Assembly (NCBI GenBank): GCA_037446255.1
Contig: JBBIIY010000002.1
Location: forward strand, 69,630 to 133,629
Source of the DNA: Coprothermobacterota bacterium
GTDB taxonomy: Bacteria; Coprothermobacterota; HKB111
Direction: 5' to 3'
DNA: 64,000 nucleotides
This document shows, piece by piece, positions 1-10,212 of the stretch; the stretch's first letter is position 1, and each line of letters opens with the position of its first letter. The position numbers were made by a program, and so were the translations under genes. A model generated the notes under the pieces. That model was not told the DNA's origin, ran no database searches, and worked only from the letters and a program-made list of their open reading frames with translations.

Positions 1-1590
1 CTGGAAATGAAGGGAGAAAATCCCTTTAAAATAAGAGCATATCAAAAAGCTGCGGGTGTTATTGATAATGATTTTTCACATTACGAAAGCGATGAGCTTC
101 TATATCAAATCAAATCTACTGCAGGTATTGGCGAAAAAATATATCTCTTAATATCCGAAATAATCCAAACAGGCAAATCTCAATTGCTTGAGAAATTAGA
201 AGAAGAAATAAACCCGGGTGTGTTATCTTTTTTAAAAATCCCCGGGGTTGGTCCTCGAACAGCCTATAATTTATACAAAAACCTATATTGTTATGACCTA
301 AAAAATCTCAAACACATACTTTTAACCTTTTCTGAACCCCTTCCCGGTATTTCTGAGAATCTCAGGAAAAAATTATTATCAGGGATTGAATTTGTGTTGA
401 ACAATGAACACTTACTTTTGCCATTAGAAATTGAAAATACTGTTTATAATTACATTCAGAAAATGAATCTGAATTCTATTAGATATGAAATAACCGGAGA
501 TTTTCGTCGGGGAGATTTAATTAGTAAGTCTGCCACGGTTGTAATTAAAGATTCAATTCGTTCTGAGCCTGAGTACTTAGAGATTGAAAACCCCATACCA
601 CTAAAAATTGTATTAACTCCCTCATTTATTCCATCACTTTTTTATCATACAGGTCCAGAAAGTGAATTTAAAAGATTAAAAGAAAAATTACTAACAAAAG
701 GATTTAATCTTACCCAAAATGATCTCTATTCGGTATCAGGGGATAAAATACCATTAGAATCAGAAGAAGAACTATACAACCTGGCAGAAACAAGCTACTA
801 CCCACCAGAATTGAGAGATGTGACATGGAGAAATGAGTACCAAAAAGATTTATTAATTGATTTAAACGACATTAAGGGGGATTTTCAAACTCATTCTACC
901 TGGAGCGATGGTACTCAGTCTTTACAAGAAATTCACAAAATAGCCTCTGTTCTTGGATACGAGTATATAGCCATAACTGACCATAGTAAATCATTAAAGA
1001 TTGCTGGTGGTTTAGATGAAGATGAATATTTAGAGTTGAAAAAAGAAATTGATTCTATAAACTCTAAAAACCAGGGAACTTACCTGTTATGGGGTGGTGA
1101 AATAGATATACTTAAAGATGGCACGCTTGATATAGAAGAGCATATATTAAAACATATGGATTGGGCGATCGGAGCAATTCATTCTAACTTTTCACTGGAT
1201 AAAGATAAAATGACCGAACGAATTGTCAGAGCAATTAGAAACCCCTATATTAAGGGTATTGCTCACCCTACAGGAAGAATTTTAAAAGAAAGATTACCTT
1301 ACCAGCTGGATATTGATTTTATAATTAAAGAAGCTGCTAAACATAACAAATACCTGGAAGTTAACTCACAACCTTTTCGCTTAGACCTGGATGTGGACAA
1401 CATCCGTAAAGTTAAGGCTGTAGAAGGCAAGGTATTCATAGGGACTGATGCTCATAGCCTTGCAGAACTTAACTATATTAAATACGGAGTTGCCATTCTT
1501 AAAAGGTCCTGTATGCCAAAACATGATATTTTAAACACCTATAATTTAAAAGAACTTAAGGCCATTATCCATGAACCAACACACACTTAA
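1..1590 (+). CDS. polX: DNA polymerase X family protein with C-terminal PHP (phosphoesterase) domain; 5' end lies outside the window
   Basis: ORF 7..1590 opens with a KGENPFKIRAYQKAA motif that normally sits about 20 residues into PolX. HhH GIGEKI motif; C-terminal PHP-like QTHSTWSDG...AITDH...GTDAHS motifs. Confidence 0.8.
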   Translation: MEMKGENPFKIRAYQKAAGVIDNDFSHYESDELLYQIKSTAGIGEKIYLLISEIIQTGKSQLLEKLEEEINPGVLSFLKIPGVGPRTAYNLYKNLYCYDLKNLKHILLTFSEPLPGISENLRKKLLSGIEFVLNNEHLLLPLEIENTVYNYIQKMNLNSIRYEITGDFRRGDLISKSATVVIKDSIRSEPEYLEIENPIPLKIVLTPSFIPSLFYHTGPESEFKRLKEKLLTKGFNLTQNDLYSVSGDKIPLESEEELYNLAETSYYPPELRDVTWRNEYQKDLLIDLNDIKGDFQTHSTWSDGTQSLQEIHKIASVLGYEYIAITDHSKSLKIAGGLDEDEYLELKKEIDSINSKNQGTYLLWGGEIDILKDGTLDIEEHILKHMDWAIGAIHSNFSLDKDKMTERIVRAIRNPYIKGIAHPTGRILKERLPYQLDIDFIIKEAAKHNKYLEVNSQPFRLDLDVDNIRKVKAVEGKVFIGTDAHSLAELNYIKYGVAILKRSCMPKHDILNTYNLKELKAIIHEPTHT

Positions 1591-3919
1591 AACCTTTGAA
1601 TATTATTCTATTTTAGAGAAAGTTAAGGAATACTCACTCACCGAAGAAGGTAAAACTTTTATTCTGAACATCAAACCTTACACAGATTTTGCGGATGTTG
1701 AAAAGCTTCTCCTGGAAACAGGTGAGGCTATGACTTTCCTTAACAATAACAGTCATCCTTTAAGAGGGTTAAAAAGCATCAAAGAGCCTTTGGCAATTCT
1801 TGCACATAACGGGATTATATCTCCGATTGAATTATGGAATATTGCTAACAACATGCAAATAATCAGTAATTTCCAACAAACTATGAAAGATCGCGTTAGT
1901 TATCCTTACTTAAATAAAATTATAAAATCAATTGCTGAATTTCCAGATTTGTCCAGAAACATAATGGATTCTATTTCAGAAGATGGAACTGTACTGGATA
2001 AGGCTTCATTAGAGTTAAAAACCATAAGGAAAAAAATAGTTATACTTAAAGAAAGGTTAAGGTCAGCCATTGAAGGAATTGTAAATAGTTCTAATTACAA
2101 AACTTACCTCCAGGATTCTTACATTACTGAGAGAAATGGCCGCTGGGTAGTTCCTGTAAAAAGCGATTTAAAAAATAATTTTCCCGGAATTGTTCATGAC
2201 ATCTCTTCCAGCGGGTCAACTGTATTCATGGAACCTTTAACTACTATACCTCTTAGTAATGAAATTGTAACTTTAGAAAAAAAAGAAATAGAAGAAATAA
2301 GGCGTATATTAAAAGATTTTTCAGAAAAATTAAAATCTCATTTATCCGAACTGGAAAATCTACTTCAAAGCACTATATACCTGGAATCCTTATTTGCACG
2401 CGCACTTTTTGGAGCATCGTTTCGGGGAGTTATACCAGAACTGGTAAAAGATAAAAAGATTGAAATAATTGGAGGAAAACACCCTCTTTTAAATGTGGAA
2501 GCAGTACCTGTTGATATTGAGATAGGTTCTTCTTATCGCACTCTGATTATTACCGGACCAAACACCGGAGGTAAAACAGTTACTTTAAAAATGGTAGGGC
2601 TTTTTACGCTTCTCGTTCAAAGTGGTTTTCCCATCCCGGCTTTTAAAGCTACTTTCGGGGTATTTCCAAAAGTATTCGCTGATATAGGTGATGAACAATC
2701 AATCACCCAAAATATGAGCACTTTTTCTTCTCACATAGGTAATATTAGCTCCTTTATAAATGATGTTGATGAGAATTCACTGGTGATACTTGATGAATTA
2801 GGCGCTGGAACAGATCCTCAAGAAGGTTCGGTCTTAGCCTATTCCATAACTTCCTATATTCATTCTTTAAAACCTTTGTTAATAATTTCCACGCACCATG
2901 GAAACCTGAAAACATTCCCCTACAGCTTTCCTCAATCAGCTAATGGTTCTATGGAGTTTAACCTGGAATCATTAAAACCCACTTACAGATTAATAATAGG
3001 CGTTCCTGGCAGAAGTTATGCACTTTTTATTGCTTCTAACCTGGGAATTCCTGAAACTATAATCGTCCAAGCGAACTCATATTTACCAGAAAGCCAAAAA
3101 GAGTTTTCTGAATTAGTAAAAAACCTGGAGGAAGCTAGGTTATCTTACGAAGCAAAGCGAAAGGAATATGACCGTTTATCAATTGAATCAGAGAATATTA
3201 TTACTTATTATAATAACCAAACAAAAGAGCTTAAATTAAAAAAACAAAAGATTCTCTCAGAAATCAGGTCAGAAAATAAAAATGAAATTGACAAAATATT
3301 AATCTCCATGAAAGAAGGTCTAAAAAGCTTAATTGACCAGAATGTATCTTTAAAAGTCGCTCAAAAAATATACCAGGAACAAAAAGAACAAGCTGAATCT
3401 TTTTTAAATACGCTCCAAACCAAAGAGCAAGAAACAGTTAAACCTCAGGATTTGAAAACTCCTGAAGAGATAATTCCTGGAAATGAAGTTTTTGTAGAAA
3501 CATTGGGTAAATTTGGTTCAGTTTTAAAAATATTTTCAACTAGAAATACCGCTTTGGTACAAATTGGAGCACTTAACACTGAGATTCCTTTCAAATCAAT
3601 TAAAGTAAGGACTAATCCCTTAAAGAATCAGGAAAGATTGGCAGATAAAAATTATACACCCATGGTTACTTATCAAAATATACCTCCTACAATAGATCTG
3701 CATGGCATGAGAGGTGAAGAAGCCATGATTTTGCTTGATCAGTATATTGAACAATCTTATCTTTCAAATTATTTACAGGTAAGGATAATTCATGGTATCG
3801 GTAAAGGTATATTAAAAAGATTAGTTAGAAATTATTTGAAAAAACATCCTTATATTTCTCATTTCTCCACCGATCCTGATGAAGGCGAAGGAGTTACCCT
3901 GGTTTTTTTCAATCGTTAA
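1571..3919 (+). CDS. mutS2: Endonuclease MutS2 (MutS domain V ATPase + C-terminal Smr domain)
   Basis: 782 aa; Walker A GPNTGGKT; DELGAGTDP motif; C-terminal Smr motif IDLHGMRGEEA...IHGIGKGIL. Confidence 0.9.
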   Translation: MNQHTLKTFEYYSILEKVKEYSLTEEGKTFILNIKPYTDFADVEKLLLETGEAMTFLNNNSHPLRGLKSIKEPLAILAHNGIISPIELWNIANNMQIISNFQQTMKDRVSYPYLNKIIKSIAEFPDLSRNIMDSISEDGTVLDKASLELKTIRKKIVILKERLRSAIEGIVNSSNYKTYLQDSYITERNGRWVVPVKSDLKNNFPGIVHDISSSGSTVFMEPLTTIPLSNEIVTLEKKEIEEIRRILKDFSEKLKSHLSELENLLQSTIYLESLFARALFGASFRGVIPELVKDKKIEIIGGKHPLLNVEAVPVDIEIGSSYRTLIITGPNTGGKTVTLKMVGLFTLLVQSGFPIPAFKATFGVFPKVFADIGDEQSITQNMSTFSSHIGNISSFINDVDENSLVILDELGAGTDPQEGSVLAYSITSYIHSLKPLLIISTHHGNLKTFPYSFPQSANGSMEFNLESLKPTYRLIIGVPGRSYALFIASNLGIPETIIVQANSYLPESQKEFSELVKNLEEARLSYEAKRKEYDRLSIESENIITYYNNQTKELKLKKQKILSEIRSENKNEIDKILISMKEGLKSLIDQNVSLKVAQKIYQEQKEQAESFLNTLQTKEQETVKPQDLKTPEEIIPGNEVFVETLGKFGSVLKIFSTRNTALVQIGALNTEIPFKSIKVRTNPLKNQERLADKNYTPMVTYQNIPPTIDLHGMRGEEAMILLDQYIEQSYLSNYLQVRIIHGIGKGILKRLVRNYLKKHPYISHFSTDPDEGEGVTLVFFNR

Positions 3920-3921
3920 AA

Positions 3922-5973
3922 TCAATGCATATTACAATATTCTTTTGGTGAGGATGAAGGAAAAAATACTTCTCTTCTAATAATGTTTGCAGGACAGGAG
4001 GGAGTTGCAATCATCCTTGAGATATTACAGATAAATAATTCTTCCACTCCTGGTGGTTTGGGAAAATCTAACACTTCCCTACCTGATAAATACGGTACTA
4101 CGGCATGCTGCCATATCTTTTGAGCAAACAATCCAGAATTGTAGACCATATTGGCTTCAGCTATCTCATTATCCATACCAGTCCATACTCCTACTAATAA
4201 GTTAGGGGAGTAACCGATAAACCAGGCATCTCTATGTTTATCACTGGTTCCTGTCTTACCCGCTGAAGGGAATTTTACCTTCATTCCACCTCGCAACTCT
4301 TTTTTTGCTATATCTTTAAAAATATCTGTAAGAATATAAGCAGCTTCTTCGCTTAATACTTTTGATTTAACTGTGGTAAATTCCTTAATTTTAACCCCTT
4401 TGGCAGTAGTAACCAGCTTAACAGGTAGGGGCTCAACCTTATACCCGGCATTCGCTAATACCGAATAGGCAAAAGATAAATCAAATAAAGTAACCTCATT
4501 GCTACCTATAGGAAGAGAATATATTTCTTCTAATTTTGAGTTAACCCCCATTCTTTGGGCATAAGAGATTATATCTGCTAATCCTCTGGCTAAAGCAACT
4601 TTTATGGCTACTATGTTAGATGAGCGAACTAAGGCATCCCTGATATCCATAGGTCCATAAAAATTTTTTCCTTCAATTCTCACATATTCCGTTGGTGTCC
4701 AGGTACCTGCTGGTGTTTCCAGAGTTATTGGCTCAGAATCAAGGATGGTAAGAGGAGTTACTAATTTTGATTCTATCGCTGCAGCATATACAAAAGCCTT
4801 AAAAGTTGACCCGGGCTGTCTTAAGGAAAAAACACGGTTTAAAGGTGTTTCTTTATAATTCCTACCTCCAACCATACCTAATATTTCTCCTGTTTTCGGG
4901 TTTATAGCCATTAAAGCTCCTTGAGGCTGTCGTACATCTTTTTCATCCTTATATTCTTTTATTGTTTTTTCTTTAACAAGATTTTCTAACTGACTGTTTA
5001 ATGCTTTTTCCAGATTAACCTGCACTTCATGGTTAAGATTGGTGTAAATTTTTAATCCTCCTCCAAATAAAATATCCCGGGGTAATATTTTTTGCAAATA
5101 TTCTTTTACATAGTCAGTAAAATATTGAACAGAGGAGGTAAATGTTTCCTCTAATGATTTAACTATGGGAGGATTTTCTTTAGCTTGAGTATATTCTTCG
5201 TCTGATATTGCCATATTTTTAAGCATCATATTAAGTACGACCATCATTCTATTTTTTGCTCCTTCATAATTAGCTTTTGGATTTAACTTGGAAGGAGCGG
5301 TAAAAATACCAGCTATCATAGCTGATTCAGCTAAAGTTAAATCTTTACTTGATTTTCCAAAATAATAGCGGGAAGCGGCCTCCACACCATAATTGCCTTC
5401 TCCAAGAAAATAAATATTTAAATACATTTCCAGAATTTCATCTTTAGAATATTCTTTTTCCAATTGAAGAGCAATAATAATTTCTTTAGTTTTCCTTTCC
5501 CAGGTTTTTTCCAGGGTAAGATTAAACAGATCTCGAGCTAACTGCTGAGTTATAGTTGATCCCCCTTCAGCAATCTTGCCTGTTCGTAAATTCACCCATA
5601 AAGCTCTAACAATACCTCTTAAATCTATACCATAATGATTATAAAAACGAACATCTTCGGTAGTGACAATAGACTTGATTAAAAAAGGAGAAATATCTTT
5701 CAACTGAGTGTAGAAACGCCTTTCTCCAAGGTGGATAATAGCTATTAGATTTCCTTCAGAATCAAAAATCTGGGAAGCTTCAGGTACATTCATAGACAAT
5801 TCTTCCATGATTAAGGGGATTTTTTGAACATTTTTAGATAGAGACCTTGCATAACTAAAAACAAAAAAGGAAACTATTGTTAATAATCCAATTAAAATAA
5901 AGATAGAAATTATTAAAAATGTTCTTTTATTTTTGTTAATTTTTTTTCTTTTTTTTATTTTAATATTAGACAT
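3922..5973 (-). CDS. Class A penicillin-binding protein (bifunctional GT51 transglycosylase / transpeptidase, PBP1A type)
   Basis: 683 aa; N-terminal TM helix; GT51 motifs EDVRFYNHYGIDLRG and GGSTITQQL; transpeptidase STFK and KTGT motifs. Confidence 0.9.
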   Translation of the reverse strand: MSNIKIKKRKKINKNKRTFLIISIFILIGLLTIVSFFVFSYARSLSKNVQKIPLIMEELSMNVPEASQIFDSEGNLIAIIHLGERRFYTQLKDISPFLIKSIVTTEDVRFYNHYGIDLRGIVRALWVNLRTGKIAEGGSTITQQLARDLFNLTLEKTWERKTKEIIIALQLEKEYSKDEILEMYLNIYFLGEGNYGVEAASRYYFGKSSKDLTLAESAMIAGIFTAPSKLNPKANYEGAKNRMMVVLNMMLKNMAISDEEYTQAKENPPIVKSLEETFTSSVQYFTDYVKEYLQKILPRDILFGGGLKIYTNLNHEVQVNLEKALNSQLENLVKEKTIKEYKDEKDVRQPQGALMAINPKTGEILGMVGGRNYKETPLNRVFSLRQPGSTFKAFVYAAAIESKLVTPLTILDSEPITLETPAGTWTPTEYVRIEGKNFYGPMDIRDALVRSSNIVAIKVALARGLADIISYAQRMGVNSKLEEIYSLPIGSNEVTLFDLSFAYSVLANAGYKVEPLPVKLVTTAKGVKIKEFTTVKSKVLSEEAAYILTDIFKDIAKKELRGGMKVKFPSAGKTGTSDKHRDAWFIGYSPNLLVGVWTGMDNEIAEANMVYNSGLFAQKIWQHAVVPYLSGREVLDFPKPPGVEELFICNISRMIATPSCPANIIRREVFFPSSSPKEYCNMH

Positions 5974-6010
5974 TTCTCAAGATTATACCATAGTTAATAT
6001 GATTTAATTT

Positions 6011-6040
6011 TTAACATCTCCTTGACAAAACAGGTATAAT
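6011..6040 (+). promoter_or_regulatory. Putative sigma70-type promoter of the rib operon (-35 TTAACA 6011-6016, 18-nt spacer, -10 TATAAT 6035-6040)
   Basis: Hexamers read directly; positioned just upstream of the FMN riboswitch. Confidence 0.4.
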
Positions 6041-6047
6041 AATTATG

Positions 6048-6192
6048 AACTCTTTGGGGTTAGGTGTAATTCCTTACCGGCGGTAAAAGCCCGCGAGCCA
6101 ATTATTGGTTGAACCGATGTGATTTCGGTGCCGACGGTTAAAGTCCGGATGGGAAAAGGGTCAAGCATATACATTCATGCCTTTTCCCCCTT
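6048..6192 (+). ncRNA. FMN riboswitch (RFN element) in the ribD leader
   Basis: Conserved RFN core: AGGTGtAATTCC...ACCGGCGGTAaAAGCCCGCGAGC...GGTGCCGACGGTtAAAGTCCGGATGGgAaAAGG. Followed by a GGGAAAAGGG...CCTTTTCCCCC helix next to the ribD ATG. Confidence 0.85.
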
Positions 6193-6200
6193 GAACAAAT

Positions 6201-7328
6201 ATGAACATTGACAATTATTATATGAAAAAAGCTATAAACCTGGCAAAATACGGTAAGGGAAGGGTAAGTCCAAATCCTCTGGTTGGTGCTTTAGTTATAA
6301 AAAATAATGAAATCATTGGAAGAGGATATCATCATAAAGCAGGAGAACCTCATGCCGAAGTCCTGGCTTTGAAAGAAGCTGGTTCAACTGCAAAAGGAGC
6401 AACTTTAGTAGTAAATTTAGAACCCTGCTGTCATTATGCTAAAACACCACCATGTACTAAAGTGATAATTGAATCAGGTATCATAAAAGTCGTTTCAGGA
6501 ATGGAAGATCCCAACCCACTAGTTTCGGGCAAAGGTTTTGCTGAATTACGAAACGCTGGGATAGAAGTTAAAACCGATGTCCTTAAAAAGCAATGTACCA
6601 AGCTTAATGAAGTATTTATAAAATACATTACCTCAAAAAAACCTTTTGTAACTTTAAAGGGTGCAATAAGCCTTGATGGAAAGGTTTCCTCTGCAACTGG
6701 TGAATCTAAATGGATAAGTAATGAAAAATCAAGAAAGATAACTCATAAACTTAGAAGTTTACACGATGCCATTTTAGTTGGAGTTGATACTATTATTAAA
6801 GACAACCCTCAGTTAACCTGCAGGCTGGATAAAAATAGTAAAAATCCAATTAGAATAATTCTGGATAGCACTTTAAGGATTCCCCTTTCCAGCCAGGTAA
6901 TACAATTATCCAGAAAATCATCATCACCAACTATTATTGTCACTACTGAACAATCTACACCAGATAAAATAAAAATTATGGAAAAGGAAGGAGTACAGGT
7001 ATTAGTTACCAGAAGTAATTCCGATTTACAAATTGACCTTAATAATTTGTTAATGATCCTCGGCGAACAAAATATTACCAGTATATTAATTGAAGGTGGT
7101 CCAACAGTAAATGCCAGCTTTCTTCAGGCAGGTATTGTAGATAAACTCATTTTATTTATTGCTCCTATTTTAATAGGCGGTAAAACTACTCCTTCTTTGA
7201 TTGGAGGAACTGGTATTAAAAAACTTGCAGATGCTATTAACCTTACAGATTTTACAATCAGGAAAATTGATAACAATTTTCTTTTTGAAGGTTATATAAG
7301 AAAACAAAAATTATGTTTACAGGACTAA
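6201..7328 (+). CDS. ribD: Bifunctional diaminohydroxyphosphoribosylaminopyrimidine deaminase / 5-amino-6-(5-phosphoribosylamino)uracil reductase
   Basis: 375 aa; CMP/dCMP deaminase zinc motif HAEV...LEPCCHYAKTPPC; C-terminal RibD reductase domain; first gene after the FMN riboswitch. Confidence 0.9.
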   Translation: MNIDNYYMKKAINLAKYGKGRVSPNPLVGALVIKNNEIIGRGYHHKAGEPHAEVLALKEAGSTAKGATLVVNLEPCCHYAKTPPCTKVIIESGIIKVVSGMEDPNPLVSGKGFAELRNAGIEVKTDVLKKQCTKLNEVFIKYITSKKPFVTLKGAISLDGKVSSATGESKWISNEKSRKITHKLRSLHDAILVGVDTIIKDNPQLTCRLDKNSKNPIRIILDSTLRIPLSSQVIQLSRKSSSPTIIVTTEQSTPDKIKIMEKEGVQVLVTRSNSDLQIDLNNLLMILGEQNITSILIEGGPTVNASFLQAGIVDKLILFIAPILIGGKTTPSLIGGTGIKKLADAINLTDFTIRKIDNNFLFEGYIRKQKLCLQD

Positions 7329-7960
7329 TTGAAGAACTTGGTACAGTAAAAAATATCCAGTTTGTTAACCAGGGTTCAAAAATAACTTTTTTGGCTTCAT
7401 TGTCCGAATTTCTGAAAGTGGGCGATAGCGTTTCAGTCAACGGGGTCTGTCTAACAGTTACCCATTGTACCCAAAATATTTTTACAGTTGAGGTTATGGG
7501 TGAAACCTTATCCAGAACAAACCTGGTATTATTAACTCCAAATCAAAAAGTAAATCTTGAAAGAGCTTTATTATTAAAGGATAGAATAGCAGGACACCTG
7601 GTATCAGGACATGTAGATGAGATAGGTACGATTATTAAAAAAATGAGCACTGGCTTGTCAATGGTAATAGAAATCAGTGCTTCAGGAAACCTCTTAAGCA
7701 TGGTGGTCAGTAAAGGGTCAATAACTGTTGATGGGATAAGCCTAACTGTAGTTGAAGTAAAGGATTCAAGCTTTTCAGTTCACCTGATTTCTCATACTCT
7801 GGAAAATACGACCCTGGGTTTTAAGGGTGTTGGTTCAAAAGTAAACCTGGAAAGTGACATTCTGGCGAAATATGTAAATAAATTGTCAGGCTTTCACAGA
7901 ATTAGTAGTGATAACTATAAAACTATTACCGAAGAATTTCTCAAGGAAAATGGGTTTTGA
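7313..7960 (+). CDS. ribE: Riboflavin synthase (alpha subunit)
   Basis: 215 aa; N-terminal MFTGLIEELG; duplicated lumazine-binding repeats (SVNGVCLTV / ITVDGISLTV); overlaps the ribD stop. Confidence 0.9.
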   Translation: MFTGLIEELGTVKNIQFVNQGSKITFLASLSEFLKVGDSVSVNGVCLTVTHCTQNIFTVEVMGETLSRTNLVLLTPNQKVNLERALLLKDRIAGHLVSGHVDEIGTIIKKMSTGLSMVIEISASGNLLSMVVSKGSITVDGISLTVVEVKDSSFSVHLISHTLENTTLGFKGVGSKVNLESDILAKYVNKLSGFHRISSDNYKTITEEFLKENGF

Positions 7961-7994
7961 TAATTTCAAAACGGAGGTTAATATATATTAATTT

Positions 7995-9197
7995 ATGAGT
8001 ATTATTTTCAATTCAATACCAGAAGTTCTTGATGATTTAAGTCAAGGTAAAATGATAATCGTGGTGGATGATGAACATCGTGAAAATGAAGGCGATTTGA
8101 TAATGGTAGCAGAATTAGTGACCCCAGAAGCTATAAATTTTATGGCAACTTATGGTAAAGGGCTAATTTGTGTGCCACTGTCTGAAACCCGACTCAAAGA
8201 ATTAGACCTTCCAATGATGGTACCTGGGGGAAATTATATATGCGATACTGCCTTCACCATTTCAGTAGATGCAATAAATACTACCACCGGTATTTCAGCT
8301 TTTGAGCGTGCTCAAACCGTTAAAATTCTTACAGATCCAAAATCTAAAAGCGAAGATTTCAAAAAACCAGGCCACATTTTTCCTTTAAAAGCTAAAAAGG
8401 GAGGTGTACTTAAAAGACCCGGACACACAGAAGCGGCTGTTGATTTAGCTTCTTTAGCTGGTCTTTATCCTGCAGGAGTTATCTGTGAAATTATGAACGA
8501 TGATGGGACCATGTCCCGATTACCACAACTCCTTGAATTTTCCAAAAAGCATAGTTTAAAAATAATTACCATTGCAGAATTAATTAAATTTAGATTTAAG
8601 CAGGAAAAATTGGTAACTAAAATAACCACTGCTAATTTACCGACAAAGTATGGAACATTTAAATTATTGACCTATGAAGATGACCTGGAAAATAATTATC
8701 ATATCGCCCTCCAAAAAGGAAATTTCAAGCCTGACGAACCCATCCTAGTAAGAATCCACTCAGAATGTTTAACTGGAGATGTATTTGGTTCAATAAGATG
8801 TGATTGTGGAGAGCAGCTTTCAGCTGCCCTAACCATGATTGAAAAAAATCAAAATGGTTTGCTTCTTTATATGAGGCAGGAAGGCAGAGGAATTGGTCTC
8901 ATGAATAAAATAAAAGCTTATAAACTTCAGGATGAGGGTAAGGATACCGTAGAAGCAAACCTTGCTCTGGGTTTTTCAGCTGACTTAAGGGACTATGGGT
9001 TTGGTGCCCAAATACTAAAAGATTTAGGGATTAATAAAGTCAGGCTGATAACTAATAATCCTCAAAAAATTTCGGACTTAAATGAATATGGGATTGAAGT
9101 CGTAGAAAGAATACCTCTATCCGTTTGTCCTCAACCTGCAAATTTAAAATATTTAAAGACTAAAAAAGAAAAATTAGGTCATTTTTTAGATTTATAA
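7995..9197 (+). CDS. ribBA: Bifunctional 3,4-dihydroxy-2-butanone-4-phosphate synthase / GTP cyclohydrolase II
   Basis: 400 aa; DHBP synthase motif [11 protein letters not shown]; GTP cyclohydrolase II CDCG zinc motif and RQEGRGIGL. Confidence 0.9.
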   Translation: MSIIFNSIPEVLDDLSQGKMIIVVDDEHRENEGDLIMVAELVTPEAINFMATYGKGLICVPLSETRLKELDLPMMVPGGNYICDTAFTISVDAINTTTGISAFERAQTVKILTDPKSKSEDFKKPGHIFPLKAKKGGVLKRPGHTEAAVDLASLAGLYPAGVICEIMNDDGTMSRLPQLLEFSKKHSLKIITIAELIKFRFKQEKLVTKITTANLPTKYGTFKLLTYEDDLENNYHIALQKGNFKPDEPILVRIHSECLTGDVFGSIRCDCGEQLSAALTMIEKNQNGLLLYMRQEGRGIGLMNKIKAYKLQDEGKDTVEANLALGFSADLRDYGFGAQILKDLGINKVRLITNNPQKISDLNEYGIEVVERIPLSVCPQPANLKYLKTKKEKLGHFLDL

Positions 9198-9224
9198 GAT
9201 TTACACTTAAAGGAGGAAACAACA

Positions 9225-9692
9225 ATGAGTAAAGTATTTGAAGGAAATCTGTTAGGAGAAGGTTTAAAATTTGCGATAGTAGTCAGCAGGTTCAATGAGT
9301 TCATAACTTCTAAATTATTAGATGGGGCTAAGGACTGTTTAGTAAGACATGGAGTAAAAGAAAGCGATATTGATATTTTCTGGACACCTGGTTCATATGA
9401 AATACCCTTGATTGCCAAAGAAATTGCCAGAAGAAAAAAACACCAAGCTATTATTTGTCTTGGTACAGTTATTAGAGGTAGTACTCCTCATTTTGAGTAT
9501 GTGGCTAATGAAGCTGCCAAAGGAATTGCACAAGTTAATCTGGAAATGGGGATACCTGCTATTTTCGGGATTATCACTGCTGATAATTTAGAACAAGCCA
9601 TAGAGAGGGCAGGAACAAAAGCTGGCAATAAAGGATGGAGTTCAGCTTTAAATGCTATTGAAATGGTAAATCTTATTAAAACTCTGGATTGA
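9225..9692 (+). CDS. ribH: 6,7-dimethyl-8-ribityllumazine synthase
   Basis: 155 aa; typical N-terminus ([15 protein letters not shown]); good SD AAAGGAGG upstream. Confidence 0.9.
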   Translation: MSKVFEGNLLGEGLKFAIVVSRFNEFITSKLLDGAKDCLVRHGVKESDIDIFWTPGSYEIPLIAKEIARRKKHQAIICLGTVIRGSTPHFEYVANEAAKGIAQVNLEMGIPAIFGIITADNLEQAIERAGTKAGNKGWSSALNAIEMVNLIKTLD

Positions 9693-10180
9693 AAGTTATA
9701 GTTGTTTTTGGTCAGCATAAAACGGGTAAAACTACTGTAGTAGAGTCTCTTATCAGAGGGCTGTCCGATAATGGTTTTTCGGTAGCTACCATTAAAGATA
9801 TTCACTCACCTGACTTTACGCCAGACACTCAGGGTACGGATACTTTTAGACATATTTCCGCAGGAGCTAAGATAACTGTGGGTTTAGGTCTAAATAAGAC
9901 CGCTATTTTCACTCCCCGGAGAATTAAAATAGATAAGTTATTGGAATTTATTGATTGCGATTACTTGATTATTGAAGGGAATTTACCTGTTAAAGGAGTA
10001 AAAATTTTTTGTGCCCATTCTCCAGAAGAATTACCCTCAACAGATCCAGCTGTAATTGCTATATCTGGATTGGTTTCTAATTTAAATACTGATTCTTCTA
10101 AAATCCCTATCCTCCATCCAATATTACAAAGAAGTGAATTGGTCAATCTGGTTTTAAAAAATAGTAAAGAAATAAAATAA
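9689..10180 (+). CDS. MobB-like P-loop NTPase (molybdopterin-guanine dinucleotide biosynthesis protein B family), TTG start overlapping the ribH stop
   Basis: 163 aa; Walker [10 protein letters not shown]; MobB-like IKDIHSPDF and LIIEGN motifs. Confidence 0.6.
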   Translation: MKVIVVFGQHKTGKTTVVESLIRGLSDNGFSVATIKDIHSPDFTPDTQGTDTFRHISAGAKITVGLGLNKTAIFTPRRIKIDKLLEFIDCDYLIIEGNLPVKGVKIFCAHSPEELPSTDPAVIAISGLVSNLNTDSSKIPILHPILQRSELVNLVLKNSKEIK

Positions 10181-10212
10181 ATACTTAAATATGTTGAATA
10201 ATTACTGATAAA

